From a virus (lineage: Duplodnaviria > Caudoviricetes): a stretch of DNA of 29,831 nt. The position numbers and the translations under genes were made by a program. The stretch spans positions 1 to 29,831 of the IMG/VR virus record IMGVR_UViG_3300025653_000181; one strand, 5' to 3'. The notes under the pieces are model-generated. The model did no database searches, was not told where the DNA came from, and worked only from the letters and a program-made list of their open reading frames with translations. Each line of letters starts with the position of its first letter. Within the stretch, counting starts at the first letter, position 1. Below are positions 8,200 through 18,792 of the stretch, piece after piece.

Positions 8200-11100
8200 A
8201 ATGCTAATGCAATTGCCCTTAAATCAGTTATTCTAGGAGGATATGCAGGATTATTACCCTTCATTACAATCTTTATTTGAAATGATGTAAATTCTTGTAA
8301 ACCATCTGCAGAAAATCTATATTCTGAAAAATCTTTTTTATAATTTTCATTATAAGGAGATTGTGATCTATCTTCACTAAATGGTGGAGAATTTAAAGCA
8401 TCAAATTTTACAAAAGGAATTTCAATCAATAATCTGCTATCTTCTGGACCTTTCGTTTTGTGATAAACTTCTACTGATGAAGAAGAAAATATTGATGCAG
8501 ACAATCTCAAATCAATAGCTGTTGATGGGTTGCTTAACAAAATCTCCTTTGTAATATATTTAGCTGCTGCGCTTCCGCCTTGTCCTGCAGTTTCATCAAC
8601 AAATGTATCCAATGGATCGCTTAGATTTGCAGAAGGAATATTAATTCTATTACTGATAGCAAACAAATTTGTTCTTTTTGTATCAATAACAGGTGAGAGA
8701 TTTTTGTTAAATGATACCAAAGAAATTCTATACAATAAAGATTTATTACCACTCAAATAAATTTCTTCATTTACATCAGATAACACTGTACGATTAGTTG
8801 TGAAATAAAAATTATCATTTGGAACAATGGAGCTATATGATGATTCTAATACATAAGGATTTTCAATACCATCAATAGATCTAGCAGATGTTGTTCTTAT
8901 TAAATGATTTACCTTGGTACTATCATATACCATTTCTCCAATTTGTGGCTGCAAAATTTGGAAATTAATATCTTCTGTAGCAGTAACTTGTGATGTTCCT
9001 ATTGCACCTGTTGCAGTTGCAGCTGCAGCTGGATTATTTACCAAATTAAGCTTAATGGTATAAGAATCAAGTGTTACGTTATCAACATCATAATATCCAT
9101 TAGGAACTCCATTAACTTCATAATCAGAATTAATAGCAGCACCATCAATACCATTATAATCAACACCTACTTCAAATCCAGTAATATAAACTTTACTAGG
9201 CTTGGCAGAATTCATTCCATGATTTTTATGTATCACCTTTAAGATACTAGGATTCTCTCCAAAATAAGTTCCATTCCCAGCAGTATCATTTGTAAATACT
9301 GAAATATTATTCAATTTATAAACTGGATTAGAAACATTTTGGAAATCAACATTACCGAAAGTAGATTGAGTAAAGCTGGCATTATACAAAGTAAACGTCA
9401 AATCTTCATATTGATCTTCTGTCCAAAGAGTAGAATTTTGTGATCTAAAAAATGAACCTAAAAGTGGTTGCTGAGTAATTCTATCTGTTGTTCCAATTTT
9501 ATTTTGCCCTAATCTTGATACCCAAACTTCATATTCTTGACTATCTGGACGAAGAACTATAGCATATTCTTTATTTGGTTGTAGATAAACAGGACTTGGG
9601 AATGATACAGTTGTAACAGCTGTAGCATCTTCAGAAACATTAATATCTGAAGGATTAACCACTACTCTACTAAATGGGAGAATAGTTGTAGTAGGTCTTC
9701 CAGTAAGAGTAGATGTCATATAAATTTCAATAGGAATTGTTGAATCTTTTTTCCTGAAATATAAATCCACCTTTGTTACAAAACAACCGCCAGATTTATC
9801 AACAAAAAATGTTTGAGCTAAAGGATCTCTGTAAACCCATCGTTCTAAAGTTGTAATTCGATTATTAGTTTGATTTACCTGAGATTGTATATTATTATTT
9901 TGTTGAGCCAATGAATTAATTTGATTCTGGAAAGCTGTACCTTGAGCTGCTACTTGTGCTCCAACATTAGCAACCATACCTTCTAAATTATTTACATCTG
10001 CTTGTACACTGGTAACAGCAGAACTTACATCAGAAAGTGCTGCACCTTGAATAGCAACAGTATTTTGCACATTTCCGACCAAAGTAGACAATGCTCCAAT
10101 ATCTCCTTGAGCATCGGATAATTGTGATGCTAAATTTTCTGCATTTACAGTATTGGCTTGGATTGCTGCAGCATTTGCATTAATTGCTGCAGCATTTGCA
10201 GCAGCTGCAGCATTTAAATTATTAATATTTGCAGCATTTAAATTAATTGAATCTCTATTTCTGTTAGTAGCATCTTGTATATTTGATATGCTATTCAAAA
10301 TAGCATTAGCTGATGCATTAACACTAACATTATCAATAGTTGTTCTAGATTGAGTTTCTGTAGACGATCTTGTCGTAATTACAGGGACTCTAGTAGATTG
10401 CACTGATTGTTCATTTGTTGTCAACAACCCTCTTGCTGTATATGTAGCTTCAGCAAATGTTGTAATTTCATCATTTGTAACAGCACTTGCCAGAGAGTTA
10501 TTTTGTGAGCTTGTTAATCTAAAAACTCTATCACCAGTTCTAAATCTAACTGTATCAGTATTAGGTATAGCAAATGTTCCCGTAATTTCGCCAGAATTAT
10601 TTGTTATTAAATCACCACCTAAAGTTCCTCCTGTAGGTGTGCAGTATGCTGAAACATCTATATTATCAAAAAAAGCATAAACTCTTGTATTTGGTTTTAA
10701 TCTTGCACCTCTAAAATTAATCGTTCTTTCACGAATAAACGTAATAAAAGAAGTATCAATAACTTTATCACCAAATGAACTACTTTGTACTGTGCTTCCT
10801 GTAAGTTCTCTAGTGCTACCAGTTCTTGTAGATGTTTCTGTTGATCTAGAAATAACAGTATTTACATCAAGTTGCCCAGAAAATGGATTTGTTGTCGAAG
10901 AACCGCTCCAAGAAGTTTGCCAATCATTCCAAACTGTTCCTAATGTATTGTTTACAGAAAAGTCTGAAAATGTATCAAATAAATTATTGTTGTTAACAAT
11001 CAAATCTGGTCTTCTATTAACATCTCTCCATTCATCAATATCTGGGTCCAAAAATATTGTTCCAACATATTGAAACACCATATATGGATTACAGTTTACA

Positions 11101-14100
11101 CTTTTAGAAGCAAATAAATTTTCTGCTAATTTCTCATGTGTGTATGGAAGTGTTATTAAATCGCCAGTTTTAGCATAACCTAATCTATTTCTTCCTTCAT
11201 CAGTGGTTTGTGTTTCTTCTAATTCAATAAGTTGCTGAGAAAAAGATGGTCTCAATTCAGATTCTACCATATCAATTGAGCATAAATTGTCTATAGATGT
11301 TACGTCAGAAATATTATGCCCTTTAAAAGAATCCACCAAAATACCATTTTTAAATCTATCTAATCCAGAAGAATCAGGAATTTGAGTATTAATAGCACTT
11401 TGTTCTAGTAAAGAAAGCTGTGTATAATATTCTAAATTTTTAATTCTTTGCTCTAATTTTCCAATATCACGCATTGTAAATCTGCGATTATCTACTGGAG
11501 TTATTTTAATATCAGATGTTTTAAATGTATATGGAGGCAAATATAAATGATACAATGGCATCATATCAGAAACAATTTCTGGCTTCTGTGGATCTAGTGA
11601 GGCTTCGCCTCTTGCAATTTTAAATTGACCATGAATATTCATTCCTATTGTATCAACTCTAGCAATATAATATTCTAAATCACAAATAAAATCACTTCCA
11701 GGTTTTGGAACTTCTACAGCAGATGCAGTGTTATTTGTAAAATCTTTAGCATTAGATGCATCACCATCATAACCAATAACATTAGAATTATCAGAAACTC
11801 TTGGCCTAAAATCAATACAATCTCTTAAATATAATTTACCCTTTGTAACACTATTAAATACAGGAATTTCAGAATAATCAATATCACCAGTATAACTATC
11901 AACAGAAAAATGGCTTCCTGATCCATGCGTAAAATAATCAAAATTAACTCTTAAACTACCAGTAATTGCTGTAGCACTTGGTTTTTTTATAATTCTTCCC
12001 AAATCATAAAAACTTTCTCTTTGTCCATCATCTAATATAAACCTATCTGTAACATCAATATCGGTATTTGTAGCATTAGACCCAAATCCATTTGCCATAT
12101 AAATTGAATTTATTCTAAATACATCAGCCTTTCCTAAACTAATAACATTAGAAGTAGCATTTTCTAAAGCTGTAATATTTAAATCTACATTAACTAATGC
12201 TTTAGTTTTTTCTGTTGCAGTATTTTTAGTAATAGTAGCAACAAATTTTACCTGCAACCCTCCATAATCAGAACCCAAATTTACAGTAACGCTAGTGTTA
12301 GAAGGATTATAACTTAATAATCCAGATAAATCTACTATATCACCAGAATAATCATTAGCTGTTGATATAATAGAAAGCATAAAATCAGTAGCAGAAAAAG
12401 AATCAAACTGTTCATCAGCTAGTGCAGTAAAGGTAGCAGAACCTCCTGCAGTTAAAGTTTGTGAATATGTTCTTCTTATTTTATGAGAAGTATCTACTAA
12501 ATTATCATTATCATCAGTCTTTAATGTTTTTACTACATTTTGGGGAAGTTTAAATATAGGACATGCATATTCTGTTCCAGATAAAACAGCTTCATTATTT
12601 GAATTTAACACAACATCAGCAGTAAATGGAACATTTCCGCTCATGTATATTTGTTTTATATCTTTTATGGAATAATTATTAACAGCTGTTGTTTGGAATC
12701 TATTTCCTTCATCATCTTCTACTGTTTCATCAACTTGGAATGATCCAGAAACATTAGAAAGAATAAAAGTTCCTGGATTTGTGGCTGAAGTAGTTGTATT
12801 ACTTTCAATAATTCCAGTTGCACCAGATGATATTCCAATAAGTTTTTTACCAGGATTTAATGTATAAGCTGGAGAATTTGCTAAAAAAGTAGGCGCACCA
12901 ACTATTACATGCGTAAAGAATTTAATATCAAACATACCTAATTTATAAATGTCAGTATGTTGTTTAACTTCTATAGTATCTGTATTAGATGGAGTAGCAG
13001 TAACAAAAGTTAAAGTTGTTCCGCTAACAGTATAATCAGTAGTTTCAGATTGCAATGTTCCATTTATTTTTACAGTCAAATCGAAACCATCAGTTACAGA
13101 AGAACCTAAAGTATAAGTTGATCCTCCATCTCCATTTCCAGTAAATAAAGAAGTTCCGCCTATAGTTCCAGATTGATATTCATAAAATCTAGATTTTGCT
13201 CTTCCTATTTCATTATAAGAAGTTCCAGAACCAGTATTCGCAACACTTCTTGTTTCAGTAGCTTCTTTATATAATATTAATTCTCTGTACGCTTCTACAT
13301 TTGTTGCATTTCCTAAATCAGGAGTGCCATAAGAATTAGTGACAGTTAAACTATTATCAATATTCAATCTTGTATATGAATTGTTTTGTACAAGAATTTC
13401 TCTGGCTTTTGATAATGTTATAAATTTTGGATTTGTCAATTCACATCGATAACCTTTGACATAAGCTGTTCCGCCAGACATTTGTATTGATAGCAATGCT
13501 TCTGATTGTTCTTGTGTAAAAACAGTTTCATATTTTTGATTACTATCAGCAAAATAAACACCTCTATTTGTACCTGAATTTAAATGCTCTCTTATATCAA
13601 TATCAAAGTTTTTAACAACATAATTTCCCGACTCATCATAAGTTCTATCAGCAAGAGTATCCTCTAAAATATTATATTCAGATTTATTGAGTACAGTTTC
13701 TTCAACCCCATTAACCATTTCAATCAATTGTACAAAATCTGTAAGATTACTATCATCTAATTCTTTTTTAACTAATGTAACAGAAATAGAATATCTGTCT
13801 GCTCCTGGAGCATTTAAATTTGATGTTCCAGTTGCATTATCATTTAATGATGCATCATTAAATGAATTTAAAAAAGACTGTTGTACTAAAAATCCAACTT
13901 TATAAGAAGGGAAACTAAAATACTTTTCTAAAATCAAAGTTTGTTTATTATTTCTTACAAAATATCCATTTATAAAATAAACACCTTCTTCAATTTCTAC
14001 GCTAGAACCTCTACCACAAACCAAAAGAAAATCATTAAGATGCTGCGCTTCAACTTGACATGCTATCGTAGTATTATTAGAAGAAACACCAATCAAAACT

Positions 14101-14531
14101 TCATCTTGTTCAAATCTGTTCACTCTTTCGTTTGAATCATCTTCAACATCGGATTGTTTTTTATATTGAACAAATATAGTAGCTGGATCAACACCTTCTG
14201 CTTCTACTGCATTTACAATAGTGGCTTCTATTCCAGTAACCATTCCTCTTACAACAGAACCAATTAAATCTGTAACTGTACTTGTTGTAAAACTTCTTAA
14301 CCTCACATATTCATATTCTCTATTAATTGTAATAGATCCAGGAATAACCATAGAACCATCTTTAAAAATATGCTCGCCCAAATGTGTTACTTGTTGTTGC
14401 AAGATACTTTGTATTTGAGTAAGTTCTCTAGCTTGAACTGAATAAGATGGTTTAAATAAAATTTTATAGAAATTTTTATTTACATCAAAATCATCATTAT
14501 ATGGTTCTATGTTAAAATTAGTCAGTGCCAT
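8196..14531 (-). CDS. Large virion structural protein, VrlC/DUF4815-like
   Basis: 2111 aa; N-terminal PYNDDFD..KNFYKILFKP...VQARELTQIQSILQ.Q, RTYDESGNY, RFTMRDIGKLEQRI.NLEYYT.LSLLE, RFKNGILVDSF, DPLAQTF, C-terminal PRITDLRAIAL; directly downstream of gp8 as in cyanophage-like T4 relatives. Confidence 0.85.
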   Translation of the reverse strand: MALTNFNIEPYNDDFDVNKNFYKILFKPSYSVQARELTQIQSILQQQVTHLGEHIFKDGSMVIPGSITINREYEYVRLRSFTTSTVTDLIGSVVRGMVTGIEATIVNAVEAEGVDPATIFVQYKKQSDVEDDSNERVNRFEQDEVLIGVSSNNTTIACQVEAQHLNDFLLVCGRGSSVEIEEGVYFINGYFVRNNKQTLILEKYFSFPSYKVGFLVQQSFLNSFNDASLNDNATGTSNLNAPGADRYSISVTLVKKELDDSNLTDFVQLIEMVNGVEETVLNKSEYNILEDTLADRTYDESGNYVVKNFDIDIREHLNSGTNRGVYFADSNQKYETVFTQEQSEALLSIQMSGGTAYVKGYRCELTNPKFITLSKAREILVQNNSYTRLNIDNSLTVTNSYGTPDLGNATNVEAYRELILYKEATETRSVANTGSGTSYNEIGRAKSRFYEYQSGTIGGTSLFTGNGDGGSTYTLGSSVTDGFDLTVKINGTLQSETTDYTVSGTTLTFVTATPSNTDTIEVKQHTDIYKLGMFDIKFFTHVIVGAPTFLANSPAYTLNPGKKLIGISSGATGIIESNTTTSATNPGTFILSNVSGSFQVDETVEDDEGNRFQTTAVNNYSIKDIKQIYMSGNVPFTADVVLNSNNEAVLSGTEYACPIFKLPQNVVKTLKTDDNDNLVDTSHKIRRTYSQTLTAGGSATFTALADEQFDSFSATDFMLSIISTANDYSGDIVDLSGLLSYNPSNTSVTVNLGSDYGGLQVKFVATITKNTATEKTKALVNVDLNITALENATSNVISLGKADVFRINSIYMANGFGSNATNTDIDVTDRFILDDGQRESFYDLGRIIKKPSATAITGSLRVNFDYFTHGSGSHFSVDSYTGDIDYSEIPVFNSVTKGKLYLRDCIDFRPRVSDNSNVIGYDGDASNAKDFTNNTASAVEVPKPGSDFICDLEYYIARVDTIGMNIHGQFKIARGEASLDPQKPEIVSDMMPLYHLYLPPYTFKTSDIKITPVDNRRFTMRDIGKLEQRIKNLEYYTQLSLLEQSAINTQIPDSSGLDRFKNGILVDSFKGHNISDVTSIDNLCSIDMVESELRPSFSQQLIELEETQTTDEGRNRLGYAKTGDLITLPYTHEKLAENLFASKSVNCNPYMVFQYVGTIFLDPDIDEWRDVNRRPDLIVNNNNLFDTFSDFSVNNTLGTVWNDWQTSWSGSSTTNPFSGQLDVNTVISRSTETSTRTGSTRELTGSTVQSSSFGDKVIDTSFITFIRERTINFRGARLKPNTRVYAFFDNIDVSAYCTPTGGTLGGDLITNNSGEITGTFAIPNTDTVRFRTGDRVFRLTSSQNNSLASAVTNDEITTFAEATYTARGLLTTNEQSVQSTRVPVITTRSSTETQSRTTIDNVSVNASANAILNSISNIQDATNRNRDSINLNAANINNLNAAAAANAAAINANAAAIQANTVNAENLASQLSDAQGDIGALSTLVGNVQNTVAIQGAALSDVSSAVTSVQADVNNLEGMVANVGAQVAAQGTAFQNQINSLAQQNNNIQSQVNQTNNRITTLERWVYRDPLAQTFFVDKSGGCFVTKVDLYFRKKDSTIPIEIYMTSTLTGRPTTTILPFSRVVVNPSDINVSEDATAVTTVSFPSPVYLQPNKEYAIVLRPDSQEYEVWVSRLGQNKIGTTDRITQQPLLGSFFRSQNSTLWTEDQYEDLTFTLYNASFTQSTFGNVDFQNVSNPVYKLNNISVFTNDTAGNGTYFGENPSILKVIHKNHGMNSAKPSKVYITGFEVGVDYNGIDGAAINSDYEVNGVPNGYYDVDNVTLDSYTIKLNLVNNPAAAATATGAIGTSQVTATEDINFQILQPQIGEMVYDSTKVNHLIRTTSARSIDGIENPYVLESSYSSIVPNDNFYFTTNRTVLSDVNEEIYLSGNKSLLYRISLVSFNKNLSPVIDTKRTNLFAISNRINIPSANLSDPLDTFVDETAGQGGSAAAKYITKEILLSNPSTAIDLRLSASIFSSSSVEVYHKTKGPEDSRLLIEIPFVKFDALNSPPFSEDRSQSPYNENYKKDFSEYRFSADGLQEFTSFQIKIVMKGNNPAYPPRITDLRAIALAL

Positions 14532-14555
14532 TATTGATTTTCCGTTAGTTTATAA

Positions 14556-14562
14556 TATTTAT
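14556..14562 (-). promoter_or_regulatory. T4-type late promoter core ATAAATA
   Basis: Gap between gp8 and the VrlC-like gene. Confidence 0.6.
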
Positions 14563-16119
14563 TTAAAATTCAATAGTGATTTTAATATCTTCAGATTGAT
14601 CTGCTGCTCTGGAAATTGGTCTACGATTTTCCAAATATATTATGTTCCCAGAATCTGGTTGCAATTCAGGATATGCATATCCATTAGAGAATACAATAGT
14701 ATTCCCTCCACTTAATGAAATAGAAACCTCTAAAGTAGTGTCAATGGTTCCTGTTGCCCCTGAATCTCCTGATACTATATTGTCTCCAGAAAATGCAACA
14801 TAATTATAATTACTTGTTATACCATAATCATAATGTCTTTCTTGAACAAAATATAATATTTTATTTGTTCTGTCCCATTCAACAACTCTTCCTACTGCAC
14901 CTGTTGTGGCTTGAGTAATTTTTTCATCCACAGCAAAATCTTGTGTACTAATAGCATCAAAATGAATTGCATATGTTTGTCTTCTAGTGGATTCAGTTGA
15001 TATCGTGCTATCATTGTAATTTAAAGGATTAACAACAATTCCTAATTGTCTAAAATCATTTTCTACCGTAATATCATCTCCTTCAAATTGATTTAATTTA
15101 ATATTCATTAAAACATAATGAGCTCCCAATTCAGAAACTACATCATATCCATGTCCACCATTTGGAGAAATAATTGGTTTAACTATAGCTTCTAATGAAG
15201 GTGTTCCTGCTGAAATAGATACTTGATTAGAAAGGTTAGTATCATCATAAACATCATTTAAATTAATATATCCGTATGTATATCCAGAATTAATTACTGT
15301 AATAGATTCGTCAATAACTCCGGAATTTAAAGAAGAACTAGGACCAAATGGTTGAATAACACCATTTGCTGATACAACAATTCTAGCAACAGCACCAACT
15401 CCATCACCCTGTATTCTTGTATAATAAATTCCTTCTGTATAACCACTTCCACCATTTACAACATCAATAACATTTATTTTTCCAGAATCAGAAGGATTAT
15501 TTCTATCGACAGGAACAGGAATAAAATTAGTTGTTAAAAATTTATCTATTTCAGATGCTGTCATTGTATACAAATATTTTATTAAATAATTTCCAGAAAA
15601 AAATGGTTCAACATCTTCATCTGACGGTTCTGTTGTTTCTGTATGGGGATTTCCATTATCATTATATAAAACTTTATAAACTCTATAGGCAGAAGTCATA
15701 AAATAAAAATCTGATTCCCACAAATTATCATAACCATTTGTAGACAAATTTCCGGTAGGATCTAATGATGATGGACCTCTCAAATCATTTCTATACATAT
15801 CATAAGTAGCACCAGTTGTCCAATTTTTTCTATGCACCACATGAGTTATATCAGTAGATGAAATTCTTTTGGCAGCAATCATAGAATCCCAAGCATAATT
15901 CTCAGATGTAACATCATCTTGTGCCAATGGAGGTAAATTATCATTAACTGAATTGGTTATTCCGTAATTGTCACCATCGATATATGATGTTGTTTTCCCG
16001 ATGAAAAAATAATAAAACGAATTTAATGAATTACCCTCATCTGATCCTGTCTCATTAAAACTCTCATAAAATTGTTTAGCATTATGGAGTCTAAATTTTT
16101 CTGTAATAATGGCGGACAT
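14563..16119 (-). CDS. gp8: Baseplate wedge subunit gp8
   Basis: MSAIITEKFRLHNA, YDMYR, FYFMTSAYRVYK, NDFRQLGIVVNP, SGNIIYLENRRPISRAADQSEDIKITIEF; synteny gp6-gp7-gp8. Confidence 0.88.
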   Translation of the reverse strand: MSAIITEKFRLHNAKQFYESFNETGSDEGNSLNSFYYFFIGKTTSYIDGDNYGITNSVNDNLPPLAQDDVTSENYAWDSMIAAKRISSTDITHVVHRKNWTTGATYDMYRNDLRGPSSLDPTGNLSTNGYDNLWESDFYFMTSAYRVYKVLYNDNGNPHTETTEPSDEDVEPFFSGNYLIKYLYTMTASEIDKFLTTNFIPVPVDRNNPSDSGKINVIDVVNGGSGYTEGIYYTRIQGDGVGAVARIVVSANGVIQPFGPSSSLNSGVIDESITVINSGYTYGYINLNDVYDDTNLSNQVSISAGTPSLEAIVKPIISPNGGHGYDVVSELGAHYVLMNIKLNQFEGDDITVENDFRQLGIVVNPLNYNDSTISTESTRRQTYAIHFDAISTQDFAVDEKITQATTGAVGRVVEWDRTNKILYFVQERHYDYGITSNYNYVAFSGDNIVSGDSGATGTIDTTLEVSISLSGGNTIVFSNGYAYPELQPDSGNIIYLENRRPISRAADQSEDIKITIEF

Positions 16120-16150
16120 AAGTATTACCTTTACTTGTCATTTTTAAAAT

Positions 16151-16157
16151 TATTTAT
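16151..16157 (-). promoter_or_regulatory. T4-type late promoter core ATAAATA
   Basis: Gap between gp7 and gp8. Confidence 0.6.
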
Positions 16158-16179
16158 TTGATTTCTAAACAATCTCTTT

Positions 16180-18780
16180 TTAACTTATTAAAGAAATTTC
16201 TGCTGGTGGAGGCACATTAACACTGGTAGAATATGCACTATCTGGTATTATATCATAGTCACTTTGTATATAACCTGATCCATCTTCTAAGGTTACAAAT
16301 TCTTCATCATCCATTATTATATAGAAATAATCAGAAACATCAACTATTCTATAATTAGAAAATTGATTTATGGTATAGTAATCACCATCAACAACAGAAC
16401 TTCCAGAAACTGTTCTAAACATTGTTCTTGCATTTTTAGACAATCTTTCCGTATCATTTATTTGCGGAATAGAAAATGCATATATCGGCAAATTAGCCAA
16501 AGAATTTGGCTTTCTTTTTGTATATAATTTAGGAGTATTATATGGATTAATTTGTACATGACTATGTAATGTTAATTCTCTTTTAGGCTTCTCAAAAAGA
16601 ATTTTGCCAAAATCTTCATATACGATATTTTCTCCACTTTCTGACAAAATAAAATCATATCTTAATTGAGTTGGAGTATTTCTTCCTAGATTAGGATCCG
16701 TGTTTAAAATTCCTTGATAAACAGTTCCCAACCTTCTTCCAAAAACTTTACCCAAAATAATAGGAGAAAATGTAGATTTTAATAATATTTTATCAGAAAT
16801 ACTATTAGAAACAAATTCTTCTAAAACAACAGCACCAAAAACATTCCATCCTGATGGATGAATAGTCAACTTTAATAAATTTCTCCAATTATTAATAGAT
16901 TCACTTGTTTTTATTTGATATGAAAAATCTTGATAAAAATAACTATCTTGTATTTTAACATAATCAGAAGATATTTTACTTCTTTCAGAAATAAATTTTC
17001 CTGAAGTCTGAGCTACACTTCCCAACGCAGATGTAATAGAAGCAGAATTATCTACATAAATGTATAATTGAGCACCAGAATTAGTAGTAATAATATCACC
17101 AACATTAAATGTATCATCACTATTCAATGTCAAAAGATTTAATGAAGAATTATAACTAACAATAGTTCCTGTATGCGACGTCAATGTATCATTAGATAAA
17201 ACATTTCCTGCAATAATTTTTATTAAAAACTTTTTATATAAAGTTACAGATGGAACAGATGAAAAATCTAGTCCATGATTAATAACTTTTACATTTTGTA
17301 TTTCTCCAATTCTTGGTTCATTTATTGATGCTGCAATAATTTTAGCACCTGTCCCATTAGTTGGATTGTCAACTGTACCTACTGTAATTATGGGAAGACT
17401 TGTATAGCCATTTCCTTTATTTGAAAGCAGTACTTTAGTTATTTCTCCTGCTTCATCAGGAACACCCAAATTTGTAAATGTAAATGGTTCTATTATTACT
17501 TCATCACTACCTGCAAGCAATAATTTATTTGGAGAATATTCTGTGGAATCTTCTAAAATAATTGATCCACCAACAATTAAAACTCTACCTTCTGCTCCAG
17601 AACCATTAGTATATGTTTCATCAAAACTTAATTCATCTCCAATCTCATAATCTTTTCCACCTTCTACAATTATCGCTTGATCTACCTTACCAAATCCTAT
17701 ATTAAAAATTGATGCTGTAGCTTCATCTAAACCAATATTTTCAATTTGAAAATAATCATCAAGTGTATAACTTGATCCTTTATTTTCAATATTAACATTT
17801 TTAACAATATTTTTAATTTCTCCTGTTAATAATGCATCATTAACAGGATCAATACAAAATACTTGTGAGCTTTGTTCAAAATCACCTACAATTTTATATT
17901 TCTCTAATTTTATTTCAGTAACAATATTATTACTTCTTATTAAATTAACAACGCTAGAAATATAAGCACTAGATATTTCGTTTCCAAAACTATCAACAGA
18001 ATATATTTTTTGTCCAATACAATTAGAAAATCTGGAAGAATCACTAGTGATAATTCTCATTATTGTATCATATTCCCATTGACCATCAGAGCATTTTAAT
18101 ATTTTTTGATTGGGGAAATCTGTTTCTGCAGTAGTATTAAAAAAAGCATTAAAGAATACTTTATTAGCTTCTGTTGTGCCCTTTAAAGAATTTATTTCTT
18201 TAATTTTTTTAATTACTAATTTTTCATCTATTCCTAATTCTGCAAAATTAGGATAATTTTTGAAATAGTCCTTTTTAATTTCATCAAATAAAATATCTAA
18301 TGTAAAATCTACATCATAATAATTCTCGTAATTAAAAATAGAGGATAAAGGATTTGGTTTGTAATCAACTATAGTAGAAGAAGAATTTGATATGGAACCT
18401 ACAACAGTCTCACCTATAATAAAACTATTATCAGTTGTAATGTATAAAACTTTATTTCTATTAAAATCATTAACTAAAATTTTAGCAACCGCACCAGATT
18501 GAGATCCAACAATATTTTCATTAACAACAAAATCTTTACTAGATGTTTCTAATAAAATAAAATTATTATCTTCATTAATTATATGTTCTGGTGCTAAATA
18601 TTTTTCTTCCAGTATAAAGTCATTATTTCCAGATAATGTAATTATAGAAGATTCTAAAAAAAGATAATATTTTTTTAGAAATTCTAAGAAAACTGGATGA
18701 TGCTCCTGAATAAAACTAGGAGTTTGATTAGATATAACAGAAGATATTCTATTTGCTAATTTATTTCTGCTAATTGACAT
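16180..18780 (-). CDS. gp7: Baseplate wedge initiator gp7-like protein
   Basis: N-terminal Q.PSFIQE.HP.F.EFLK.YY, SLKGT, LKCSDGQW, C-terminal KIQDSYFYQDFSYQIK...W...LK..IHPSG; between gp6 and gp8. Confidence 0.78.
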   Translation of the reverse strand: MSISRNKLANRISSVISNQTPSFIQEHHPVFLEFLKKYYLFLESSIITLSGNNDFILEEKYLAPEHIINEDNNFILLETSSKDFVVNENIVGSQSGAVAKILVNDFNRNKVLYITTDNSFIIGETVVGSISNSSSTIVDYKPNPLSSIFNYENYYDVDFTLDILFDEIKKDYFKNYPNFAELGIDEKLVIKKIKEINSLKGTTEANKVFFNAFFNTTAETDFPNQKILKCSDGQWEYDTIMRIITSDSSRFSNCIGQKIYSVDSFGNEISSAYISSVVNLIRSNNIVTEIKLEKYKIVGDFEQSSQVFCIDPVNDALLTGEIKNIVKNVNIENKGSSYTLDDYFQIENIGLDEATASIFNIGFGKVDQAIIVEGGKDYEIGDELSFDETYTNGSGAEGRVLIVGGSIILEDSTEYSPNKLLLAGSDEVIIEPFTFTNLGVPDEAGEITKVLLSNKGNGYTSLPIITVGTVDNPTNGTGAKIIAASINEPRIGEIQNVKVINHGLDFSSVPSVTLYKKFLIKIIAGNVLSNDTLTSHTGTIVSYNSSLNLLTLNSDDTFNVGDIITTNSGAQLYIYVDNSASITSALGSVAQTSGKFISERSKISSDYVKIQDSYFYQDFSYQIKTSESINNWRNLLKLTIHPSGWNVFGAVVLEEFVSNSISDKILLKSTFSPIILGKVFGRRLGTVYQGILNTDPNLGRNTPTQLRYDFILSESGENIVYEDFGKILFEKPKRELTLHSHVQINPYNTPKLYTKRKPNSLANLPIYAFSIPQINDTERLSKNARTMFRTVSGSSVVDGDYYTINQFSNYRIVDVSDYFYIIMDDEEFVTLEDGSGYIQSDYDIIPDSAYSTSVNVPPPAEISLIS

Positions 18781-18792
18781 TAATTATCCGAT

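Noticed and set aside
8196-14531. Intein or Hint domain in the 2111-aa protein
   Set aside because: No C/S-start...HN-C/S/T splice motifs seen; the insertion at the variable site is a coiled coil.
4611-14715. Plus-strand ORFs antisense to fibre and VrlC-like genes (e.g. 6568..7062, 7327..7692, 10792..11073)
   Set aside because: In-register antisense frames produced by codon bias of the real minus-strand genes.
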